Assembly (NCBI GenBank): GCA_004431415.1
Contig: QPMI01000530.1
Location: 1 to 64,000 of the forward strand
Direction: 5' to 3'
Source of the DNA: Cyanophora paradoxa CCMP329
Taxonomy: Eukaryota; Plantae; Glaucophyta
DNA: 64,000 nt
Below the pieces are notes generated by a model. The model had not been told where the DNA came from. It worked only from the letters and a program-made list of their open reading frames with translations, and ran no database searches. A program made the position numbers and the translations under genes. The first letter of the stretch is position 1, and every line of letters starts with the position of its first letter. Shown in pieces: positions 40,781 to 51,242 of this stretch.

Positions 40781-41187
40781 TAGGGGCGCTCTTTGAACGA
40801 ACACTGTTCGAATGAACGTGAACGAACAGCCTTTTTACTGAACTGAACGAACGTGAACAAAGAAACTGCTGTTCATGAACACCGACTTCATCGGCAGGGG
40901 GGCCCCCGGGCCCCGGTTTCGGGCCTCTTTCGGGCAAGTTTCGGCACGGAAATCGTCAGAAACAGGTAATTCGCGGCTTATTCGCCCTCTGATTAATGAG
41001 TTTTAGCAACTTCTATGACTTTTTCCTTATGTCGCGCGAAGCGCGAGAAGCTCTCGGGGGCGGGATCATCGGATGGGGGGGGAAGCGAGGAGCTCGCTGT
41101 TCGAACAGCGTTCACTGAACAATGAACACGGGGGCTTCTGAACGAACAAACACTGAACGCGGCGATTTTGTTCGAACAGCGCCCCTA
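40781..41187. mobile_element. hAT-type MITE
   Basis: TIR TAGGGGCGCT(C/G)TT(T/C)GAAC; 8-bp TSD GCTATAGC at 40773-40780 and 41188-41195; subterminal GAAC repeats. Confidence 0.9.
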
Positions 41188-42582
41188 GCTATAGCTATAG
41201 CTAGCGCTAGCGCCGCTAGCTATAGAGATCTAGTAGATGGCTAACTTAGAAAGTTAGCGTGCGCTAGCGCTAGCGCTAGCGCTACTAGACTAGCGCCTAG
41301 TAGTAGTAGCTAGCTATATAGCGCGCGCTAGCGCTAGCCTAGTAGCGCTAGCGAACATTCGCCGAGTCGGTTCGCAGAAAGTACCGAACTCGGCCCTATT
41401 GATATGTACGACTTGACCCCCTTCCGAAGTTCGGAACCCAGCCTGAGTCAGTCCTCCACTGCTGGCCACGTGCTGCCACGCGTACGGTGCTGGGCCAGTC
41501 TGGAGTCTGGACTCTGGAGTCTGGACTCGGAGTCTCGGAGTCTCGGTCCCTCGGACTGCCCGCGGCCGCGGCCGCGCGCGCCCGACGCGCTGGGCGGCCT
41601 GGGCCGGCGCCGGGCCGCGCTGATCGAGCAGCCGATCGCGACCCGGTGACCGACAGTTCGATCCGGAACTTTCTGAATCCGAACTCCGCAATCGGAAAAT
41701 CTGAAATCCGAAGCACTGCGGCCCGGCGCCGGCGCCGGGCCGGCGGGCCGGGCGGCATCAGGGCCTGATTCAGGGGCTCCGAACTGGGATCCGGAACTTC
41801 TGCTGACTCAGTGAGTCTGCTCCACCTACCTTTTTTTTTTGCCAAAGCCCATATCAAGGGCAGGACGATTGTATTAGTTCAGTAACTTTATCGTACGCAC
41901 TACCGGTTCGGAATGGGCCGAACTCTGGGTCAGAGCATAACCTGAGGCCGGGACACAGGGATAGGCGCTTCGACGCTACGGCTGAGCGTTTCTCTTGTAG
42001 GGGGGGAGCGTGGTAGGGGACCGTTGTTGAGAGATGTAGATGCGGGAGCCGTAGCCCCTAGGGGGCCTTTGTTGAGAGTGTAGAGGCGGGAGTCGCGGCT
42101 CCAAGGGGGCCCTTCTGGGGAGGCGGGGGTAGGGAGGGGGGGGGAAGGGGTGGGGGCGGCGCGGGCGAGGGTAGCGGGCGCGCCCCCTTATTTTTATTGT
42201 GCGTGGGGCGCGGGGGGTGTTTATGAGCCCGAGGGGGCGGGCGGTGGCGGGCGGGGTGGCCGCCCTGGTGGGGTCGTGGGAAGGAGGGGCGTGGTGGAGG
42301 CGGAGGCCGCGGGGCTAGGCTGTCGCTAGCGTTCGGGCCAGGGGGAGTGCTTAGGAGGGTGGGGCGGGCCCGCGGGCGGGCAGGGCTTTTCGCGAGGGCG
42401 GGGTAGGGGGGTGTCATTGCTTCATAGAGCTATCTAACTCAGAAAGGGAGGGCGGTGGGCGTTCATAGCGCCCCCTCCGTCGGCAGTCTGGCTACCGTAA
42501 ATCGTGGTAAAGAGAATAAAGAAAGCGGAGGCCGAGGCGGCGAGGGAAGCGGGGCCGCGGGGGCCTACAGAAAAGAGAAAAT

Positions 42583-42808
42583 CTACGCTGCCGCGTTGTC
42601 GGCGGCGGCCGCCCGGCGGCCTGCCAGGAAGGCCTCGACCGCGGCGGGGCCCCCGAGGGCCGAGGTGAGCTCGGCGAGCACGCGCTGGGCCGCCTGGTAA
42701 TTGGTGAGCGAGATGGTAGCCGGCCCGGGGCCGGGGGCGGGGGCCGGGCCCGGGGCAGGCGCGGGCACGGGGGCGGCGGCCGCGGCCGGCGCCGGGGCGG
42801 CGGCGGCA

Positions 42809-42839
<31 letters not shown>

Positions 42840-44762
42840 CGGCGGCGTCGGCGGCGGCGATGGGGGCGGCGGCGGCGGCGGGGGCGGCGGCGCCACCCTT
42901 GCGCTTCTTGAGGGCGTCGGGGCCGAAGCGCTCGATGGCGCGCTTGCGCGACTGGGCGGCGATGTCCGCCGCGATCTGGGCAGCCTCCTGGGGGGTCTTG
43001 TCCTCGTTGAGGGCGCTGAGGCGGTTGAGCCGGCGCGCGCCCGTGGAGTGGCCCTGGCGGTAGGAGGCGCGGCCGCCGATCCCGTCGGGGTAGTTGATGC
43101 GGTGCTCGCGGGTGATCTTCTTGCTCTTCTGGGTGGCCTCCAGGGCCACCGAGTCGGGGTAGAGCACCTGCCGCCCGGGCGTGGGCCGGCGGGCGGGGTA
43201 CCGGGCCGGCGGGCGGGGTACGAAGGTTGCCTACCTCCTGCTCCTCGCCCTCGGAGTCGTCCGAGTCCGGCACGGGCTCCATTTCCTTGCCCAGGACGGC
43301 GATGTTGTCACCGTCGCGCTTGAAGCGGCGGGGCTTGTCGGCCGTGAGGTTCACGGTCTTGATCTTGTCGTCGACGATGGCGGGCTCGAGCCAGACGGAC
43401 TGCGCGGGCAAGCCCGGGCGTGGGTGAGGGAGCCGGGGCGGGGCGCTTGGTTTTAGGTTCCTTTCCCCCATAGGGGGGGGGCGAAGGGCCCGAGGCGCGG
43501 GGCCTTCGCACCCGGGACATCTCGGCGAGGGCGTCCTCGGTGTACACCCCCGGGATGTCGCAGAAGATGCGGTAGGACCAGCCCAGCTCGCGCTGCTCCT
43601 CGGTGAGGCCGGCGTAGACCGCGTGGCGGCTCGCGACGGAGAGGTCCTGGCAGAGGCGAATCTGCACGCGCGCGCGCGGGCTTAGGCGCGCGATTGCGAG
43701 GCGAGTCGGAGGCAGACCTTCAGCTTGCGGTGCTCATGGCCGAGGGCGAGCTCGACCATAGCGAGGCAGCCGCGCGAGTCGGGGAAGCGGGCGCGCAGGT
43801 CGCGGTTCATGGACATGGAGATGTCGACGTCGGTGAGGTGGACGAGGGCCACCTTCTTGTAGCGGCCGATGAGGTAGACGTCGGCCATGACGTCGCGGAT
43901 CCGCTCGAGCCAGCCGAGCTCCTCGAAGGTCCGGTGCGCGAGGACCGTGAGGTAGTCCGTGCGCAGCGTGCCGTCGCGTTCGACGAGGTCCGGGAACTTG
44001 GTGAAGTCCACGCCGTCGTCGAGCTTCAGCAGCTTGTTGAACTGCGCCCGCGATTCGGGTATGGCGTTGAGCGCGGCCCGCGCGGTGCGCGATAGGGGTG
44101 CGCGCACCATCTCCTTCTCATAGAGGATGGCGTTGTCGGCCTTGACGGACGACAGGACGAGAGTGCGCTTCGATTTGTCGACGAGCACCTTGCCGCGCTT
44201 GGTGACACGGGTCGTGGCGCCGTTCGGCAGCGGCTTGGGTGCAGGGAGCGGCGCCTGGCGAGGCGACTGCTGCTCCTCGTCCTGTTTTTATTCGAGGCGT
44301 TATGTGGCGCGCGCATGAGAGGGGCGGAGCTTGCCTGGGCATCTTCGGGGGCCGGAGCTGGCGGGGCGGCCGTCGTGGTCTTTTTCTGCGACCTCGGCGA
44401 CGTGCGCTTCGGCTGGGCGGTCCCACGCGGGCGCCCGCGGCCCTATTGGCGGCGTCTGAGCTGCGGGCTCGACGGGGCCGGCGGCCAGGGGCGCGTACCG
44501 ACTTGGGCTTCGCCGAGCCGGACCCGGACGGGCCGGCCACGGCCGGCGGCGGCGGTGGCGGCGCCTGCGCGGCCTGCTTCTCCTTCAGCCTCTCGCTGGG
44601 CTTGGGTGGGGCCTGGAAGGCCTGGTGCGCTTGCTTCGGCGGTGACTTGGGCGGCGAGCCCGCGCGCGACCCGGCGGCGGCACCGGCGGGCTTCAGCGTC
44701 TTGGTCGGAGACGAATGCCGGGCGCCGTGCACGAGGAAGGGCATGATCGGAACCGCGGCCAT
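42583..44762 (-). CDS. 7-exon, predicted 589-aa protein with an AT-hook, an unknown globular core and an Ala-rich tail (inside the retrotransposon)
   Basis: Exons 44762-44499, 44442-44335, 44281-44108, 44041-43718, 43661-43512, 43399-43235 and 43167-42583 splice into one open frame; five GT-AG and one GC-AG intron; KPKS|GRGRPRG AT-hook. Confidence 0.8.
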
Positions 44763-44892
44763 GGTGGCAGAGGTCGGTCTTGGCGGGAGTGACTGCGAGG
44801 TCCCCGGTATGGGGGTCCCGGGGGAAATCCGGGCTATGATTGGGGATCGGGTACCCCTCTTGGGGGGGCGAGGGCCAATTTGCATCGGTGCG

Positions 44893-45568
44893 ATGGCGGA
44901 TCTGCCGGAGGAAGCGCTGGGGCGTGGCGCGCCGGCGTCTGCGGAGTGCAAGCGGGAGCGTAGCGATAGCGACTCGTCCGCCGACGAGCCAGCGGCGAAG
45001 CGGGCGGCTGTCGAGGGTGACCGCGCAGCAGCTGCGCCGGCCTCTCCGGTCAGTGGCGATGGGGTGGCTCTGAGCGGCTTTGCCGATGATGTTCTCGTGG
45101 CCGGGAGCCCCAGCGCGCAGCCTGGTGAGGTCGTGCCTGCGGACTTCCCGATGTTGAGGACACTCCGCGGCCAGCTTCGCGCCGCGGCGGCGATGTTCCG
45201 CGATGGCGAAGTCCGGGCGTATTTCTATGAGTTGCCCTATCCCGGCTGCACCCAGGTGCCGAAGAAGAGTACGCTGGCGTTTTACGCAGTGCGCAACGGA
45301 CTCCGGCCCGGGATTTACTCGATCTGGTGCGCAGTTGCGCCTGATGCATTGATCGCGGCGGATTTCGTGAGCGCTTATGACACCATATCGCCTGCTTCGG
45401 CGGGGGCCGTCTTTGCTCGTCTTCTGCAGGGATCAGACGGCGACCTATCCGGGGCGGCAGTGCGCCCTGGCCCAGGTGTGGCGGGTGCCGGGAGTTCGGG
45501 GTCGGGACTCCCGGCGCTTCCTCACCATCGATCAGGCGATGGATTTCTTGGTGCGCGCCTGGTCGTGA
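44893..45568 (+). CDS. 190-aa protein with a C-terminal RNase H1 hybrid-binding / caulimovirus viroplasmin (Cauli_VI-like) domain and no RNase H catalytic domain
   Basis: Removing intron 45327-45429 (GTGCG...CTGCAG) gives FYAVRNGLRPGIYSIWDQ...CALAQVWRVPG...SRRFLTIDQAMDFL, matching the FYAV..G..PGIY..W..C..QV...PG....F.T..EA..FL consensus. Confidence 0.85.
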
Positions 45569-45714
45569 CCCGCGCGCGCACCTTCTCCTCCGGCTGACGG
45601 CTCTCGCGCGGTTGCAGGAGGGTGATGGGACCGCTGCTAGCGGGCTGGAGGCGATCGAGCACTCTCGGCCAGCAGGGCTGAAATGCCCGTGGGAGTGAGG
45701 GAGGCGTACTCGCT

Positions 45715-48700
45715 TCACTCGTCGGAGGCGCTGTCGGAGTCGGATTCCGGCTGCGGGTCGAGGAGGGGCCCGCGGGCGAGAGTAGTCTCAGCTTCAGAGC
45801 GGTGTGCTGTTGCAATGAAGCCGTCTGCTGTCCAGAGTGCCCGGGGGGGCGCATGCACATTCGGCGCCGTGCTCTGGGGGGCGTCGGGGTCGGCCGGCTC
45901 CCAGCTCCAAGCAACGGTGTCGGGGTCTAGGGAGGGCTGCGCGGCGTCCTGGGGGAGGCCGCGGGCTGTGAGTTCAATCTTGCTCTGCTCGAGGAGGACT
46001 CGGGCCCAAACCGCTCGCTCAAAGGCGCGCCATATCGTCGTCTTGGTGACTCGCTGGGGCGATCCGGCGGGGTTATCCGGGGCGTGGTCCTGGAGGGTTC
46101 GGGCGTGGGCGGACCACGCCGCGCTGATCATGAGGCCGGCGAGCGCCGCGAGCAGGGAGCGGGGCATGCGAAATTCGCGCCTTTGGCGGGCGGAGCCGGT
46201 TTGGCGTTTCTGAGCGTCGTCGGGGACAGCGAGGAAGCCGGTGAGGGCGTGCGCGCAGTCGAGGGGGATGGAGGTCCCATAGTAGGTGTTCCATCTATCG
46301 AGGAGCTCTTCCCAGGCCCCGCGCGCTGGCTCGCAGTAAAATATTGCATGGTCGGATGTATCCGGGGGGACATCAGGGCCGGGGCAGGCGCAGCAGTACG
46401 GGGATGGGCGGGCCCCGATTTGGAAGAGAAAACGGCCGGCGGGGAGGCACGCGTGAGTGGCCCAGAGCCACGTCTCGCGGTTCCAGGGGGAGAGGTGGGC
46501 GTGTTGCGTGCCCGTACGCCACACCTGGGTCCAGCACTTGCCGGGGGGCGGGGGGCCGAAGCGGGCGAGGGGGCCCGGTTCGGGACGGGCGGGTTGGGCT
46601 CGGAGGGCGCGGTAGCCGGCCGAGATGCGGTATTGGAGCCAGGGGCGGGGCCCCGCCGGGGTCCTGTAGAGGAGCCCGGCGTGAATCCAGGGCGCGCGGT
46701 CGAGGCGGCCTGCCGCGACGGTGCGGCCGTCGGGCCAGCGGGTTTTTTGTTTCGCTGAGCCCGGGGGAACGGCGATGAGCAGGGCTCGGGGCAGGAGCGC
46801 GGGGGCGGCTGGGAGGGGCTCCGGGGGGGCTGGCGGGCCGAGGACGGTGCCGTCGGGGAGGGTGGGGGCTAGGCAGCCCTGCGGCGGCTCGCCGGGAGAC
46901 GCAAAGAGGATCCTCCCGGAGTGTGGCCGTCTAGGGCCGGAGCCCGCACCTGCCGGGTCGGCGGCGAGCCAGATCCGGGGGTCGATCTCGGGGAGGATGG
47001 CCTGGGGGGGCGTGTCGATTGGGGCGAGGCCGAGTTGGGTGGCGCGGAGGCGGACCTGAGCCCGGATTTCGTTCAGGCGCGTGTACGCGGCCGGGTTGAG
47101 GTTCTGGGGCGCGGGGCCCGTGACCTGGTGTACGGCGGCTAGCTTGGTCGCTAGGGCGTCGTCAAGCTTGCCGGTGCCCCACTGGTCCCCTGGCGGGGAT
47201 AGTACCGGGTTGAGCCAGAGCGGTTCTGCCCGGAAGCGGTCTCGCGTGAGCGGCAGAGATGTAACTGCGCGGTGCGGTGGGCAACGCAGAGGGAGCGGGC
47301 CGGACTCCGGCGGTCGGAGGAGCGTGAGGGCGCGCACCGCTGGCGCTAGGGGGCCCTGCATGGGGAGGAGAGAGGCGTACGAGCGGAAACGGAGCTCGGC
47401 GCCCAGTGCATTGAGGCCGAGCGCTCGTGCTGCTGCCGCGTACTTCTTCGGGACTAGCTCCGGCATCTCCTCTGCGGCGAAGAGTTTCCATAGCGCGAAG
47501 GAGGGATCGCAGAGCGCGCGGATGTACGTGCCTGCTTGGGCGAGGAGGCGGCTCTCCACGTCAAGCGCGCCGAGGCCACCGTGTGACGGCGGGAGGACGG
47601 CCTTGGCACGCGAGATCCGGCCGCGGGCTGTGCGTTTGCTGGGGGACGCCTCTGCCGAGGGTGGCCAGATGGCCGCCCAGTATTCATCCTTGATGGCCCG
47701 GAGCGCCGCAGGGGGGCAGGGGAGGAAAGCAGCCGCGTACATGTTAACTGATGCGACGATGGCCGTGGCTACGTAGACCCGCTGGTGAACACGCATCGCT
47801 CGTAGATTCCAGCGTGCCCTGCGGCTGCGCATCCCGTCTACACGCTTGGCCCAGTAAGGGTTGGCATCGAAATCGCCGCGCGGGCCTAACGGGATACCTA
47901 GCGTGGACGTGGTCTTGACCCAGCGGATCGGGATCGTTTGGGTCCATTCGGGAAGAGTCGTTGGCTTGCCTGGTTGTTTGGGAGGTGCTGCTGCACCGGC
48001 GAGCATGCCTTCGGTTTTGCTGAGATTGAGCGAGGATCCGTTGTAGCGGCCCGCCTTCTGATACTTAGCTATGGTTTTCTTCACCGGGAGACCTGGGTCG
48101 GGGCTGCGGGGGTTGATCTTGAGCGAGTGCGCTGCGTCGTCCGCGTATTGGACCAGCTTGGATTCGAGCCGGGGCTCTTTGGGGGTGGGTACGCCGGTAA
48201 TTTCCGGGTCCGCGAGGATGTCGCGCGTGGTGGGTTCTTGCTGAGTGTTAAAGAACATACATGCGAAAGGATCGCCCTGGAGCGCGCTGCGCGTGACAGG
48301 AATAATGATGGGGTAGATGGTACCGTTGATCATAACTTTTGATCGTGCGCCCTTCGTGATGGCGCGGACATCCGCCAGGAATTCAGGCGGGAAGCCTTGA
48401 ACGGCGAGGACCCGGAGTGCGTACAGGTGCTCTACGCGGTCATAAGCTTTCTCGAAGTCAGTATTCAGGATTACTACATGTTGATCCGTGCGGTTCGCGT
48501 GTCGGATAACCGCCTGCATCTGCCAAACATTATCTGAGCCGTTGCGGTCTTGCATGAACCCCGTTTGGACGGAGCTGATCGTGTGCTGGCAAGCGGGCGC
48601 GATGCGCTTTGCCAAGACCGCCCGAGGAGGCGGCGGTCTATCTGCAGGAGTGTGATAGGCCTCCAGTTCTGGATCTTATCGCGGTCGCCCTTTTTGTAGA

Positions 48701-50722
48701 GGAGCTGGATAAGCCCCGTCCGCTGGCGCTCAGACAGGATTCCAAGTGCGCGCGCGCAGTTGTAGCTTTCCGTGACTAGGGGGCCGAGGACGTCCCAGAA
48801 CTCTAGATAGAATTTGACTGTGAGGCCGTCCTCGCCCGGCGCTGTCGCTTTGTTCATGTCTCTTAGGCACGCCTCGACTTCGCCGACCGTATAGGGGGCG
48901 CGCATCGGGGGGTGCAGGGGCGGGGGCGCTGTATCTAGGCAGCGGGAGAGGAGCTCCGCCTCTTCGTGGGAGAGGGGGTCGGCTGGCGTGAGGAGATGGG
49001 CGGCTCGCAGCTTGGCGACGACTGCCGGGAAGGCGTCGGCTGCCGCCGGCGTCACGTCCACGGGGCTCGAGGCTCCGGGATCCGGATTCGGGCGAGCGCC
49101 ATCTGGCTCAGACCCCGGTGCTTGCGGGTTCGGCCAAGCCGTTCCCGGGAGCGGGCGAGCGCCATCTGGCTCGGACCCCGCGGGGCGTCTGGGCGAGCAG
49201 GTGAATGCTCATGCGCCCGCGCAGGAGGAAGCCGCGGCGGTGCCGGCGGGTCTTGGCCGGGGGGGTCGGGGGGGAGCGGGCGCTGGGCGGCGAGAAGCTC
49301 CGTGTAGTACGCGCAGGCGATCTCCGCGATGCCCGCCTCCGACGTAGCCGCGGGGGTACCCTCGCTCGGGGGGTACGGCTGCAGCGAGCGCATGTGGTTA
49401 TCAGCCGAGGAGTACTTGATGTGGCGCGCTAGGTCCGGGGGGACGGCGTGCGCATGAGCGAGAGAGCGTTCTAGGTGTTTGCGTGAGCTTAGGGCGGCGT
49501 CCGCGGCGTCGAGCGCTGCTTCCTGGACGGCTAGGTAGCCCATGTCGGCGACGGCATAGTCTTCTTCGGTAGTGTCCACTTCCGCGTCCTGGAGCGCTTG
49601 CTCTGCGTCGCGCCATAGGCCTGCGATCGACTCGCGCGCATCGCGGATTGCGGAGTCAGCCTGAGGGCGGGTCCGGCGGGCTATCTCCCTGTACTCGGCG
49701 AAGAGGTCGTCTAGCCAGGCTTGCCAGGCTGCGGTGCGGAGGGGCGGCTGCTGCGGCAACGCGACTGCCGTGCGCGCCCGTACCGCCTGCTGGAATTGGG
49801 GGTGTTGGAGGACGCGGTCGAGAAGCCGGAAGCGCGCAGCGCGGGGCTTGATGACGGCGTCGGTGTGGAGACGCGCGTACACTGCGTCATGGTCCGGGCG
49901 CGGGGCCGCGCCCGCTGTGCGGAGGACGCCGACGCGTTCCGCCGCGACGCAGAGGTCGGCGGACAGGAAGACGTGGTCGAGGCGCGCCGCGTTCTGGTCG
50001 AAGCGGTTTGTCTTGCGGTGCCAGCGCGTGTAGATGCGGTCGCGCGGACGCCTGCGGCGATGCTCATCAAACAGGTCGAGGTCGGCCATGAGCGCGGCCC
50101 AGTGCCCGAACGGGGGCGGGGCGCCGGCGCGGCGTCTGCTCTCGAGGTGCGGGGTCGCGTATGCGTTCAGGTCTCCTCCGAGGATGAGGGCGTCGCTCGG
50201 GGGGAGGTTGAGTGATTCGATCGCTTGGGTGACACCTGCCGCCGTGCGCTTCTGCGACGCCGCATCGTTCGGCACGTAGATACAGGCTATAGTGTACGAG
50301 TTAACGTCGCTGGCGAGGCGCAGGACCGTGGCGTCATGCGGCTTTAGACCGGGCGTGGGTGGGAGGGGCACGAGGTCTGCGGTGGCGCCCGGCAGGGCCG
50401 GGATGGTCTTGCGAACAAGGAATCCGGTTCCTCTGCTCCAGACATTCGGTTTGAGCTCTGCGGCGGGCGGAATGAGCACCCGCCAAGTAGATTCGATGCG
50501 CTGTGTAAGAGAGGCGATCTGCTTCGGGCGGAGCCGGTGGTCTATGATGCCCAGAACGTCTACTTTGGTGCGCTTGAGCCACCCGGTGAGCCAGATGCGG
50601 CGCGGTATGCCTGCGAGGCTTTCAACATTCAAAAAGGCGACCGTAAGCAGCGGGCGGGGCGTCGGGGCGCCCGGGGGCGCGTCCGACGGGGCCGCCGTCG
50701 TGTGAGCTGGTCTATCTGGCAT
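45715..50722 (-). CDS. L1/Tx1-type ORF2: AP endonuclease, reverse transcriptase and C-terminal CCHC finger; two frameshifts (about 49060-49280 and about 48615)
   Basis: APE motifs FLNVESL, IYVPN, GGDLN, RLDHVF, PDHDAV; RT motifs APGEDG, NWRPITLL, QTGF, DFEKAYDRV, QGDP, YADD, LNLSKT; zinc finger CCAC...HAIFYC. Confidence 0.97.
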
Positions 50723-51242
50723 GAGACCGCGTCGGGGCTGCTGGGGTGTGCTGGTTGTCGAGTTTGGTAATGCTGGGCTACTGGGCGTCGGCCGCGCGAG
50801 TTTTGGGACCAGCCACGTGCAGTGCTAGCGGGCACCCGCGTTAGGGAAGCCCCACTGCGCCGGCTTACTCGCTCGCGGGCCTTCGCTCAATTTTCCGGGG
50901 TACCGGAATCGATCCAATTTAAGCATTCCTACATGCATGCCTGCTCCACCTACCTACATAGTACATACCAGTATGTTATGATATGTAGTGCGCCAAATCA
51001 GCCTCTCAGGCTGGTCTCAATTCTGACCGAAGGGAAGAAGAGACCAGAGGCTATACTGCCGACTTCGGATCCGTAACCATCGAGCAGTACCATCACTATC
51101 GAGGTTTTTTGGTAGTAGGTATGAAGTGAATGAGTGTTATTGACCCTGGCGTAGATATTGACCCTTGGCTGCTGCCCCCCCCCCCCCCCCCCCCGGCCTC
51201 ACCCCCCTCCCCCCCCCCCCCCCCCCCCCCCCGCCCACACTG

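Larger units (their letters stand above)
41831..50940 (-). mobile_element. 9.1-kb L1/Tx1-clade non-LTR retrotransposon with two internal intron-containing genes
   Basis: TSD CTGCTCCACCTACC at 41817-41830 and 50941-50954; T10 at 41831-41840 is the poly(A) tail on the minus strand; APE-RT-zf ORF inside. Confidence 0.9.

Noticed and set aside
41811-41830. LINE target as U2 snRNA, rRNA or tRNA (as in site-specific Tx1 families)
   Set aside because: The reconstructed empty site does not resemble any RNA gene I recognise; specificity cannot be judged from one copy.
41841-42000. Hammerhead ribozyme in the 3' tail
   Set aside because: No CTGANGA...GAAA core in a suitable arrangement.
44239-45597. 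452-aa plus-strand ORF as a single protein
   Set aside because: The 5' half is the antisense shadow of the AT-hook gene, and the HBD is completed only by splicing 45327-45429 into another frame.
51175-51232. Poly-C tract (also G-runs at 23590-23777 and 1838-1855) as functional G-quadruplex or poly-Pro coding sequence
   Set aside because: Low-complexity and error-prone sequence with no independent support.
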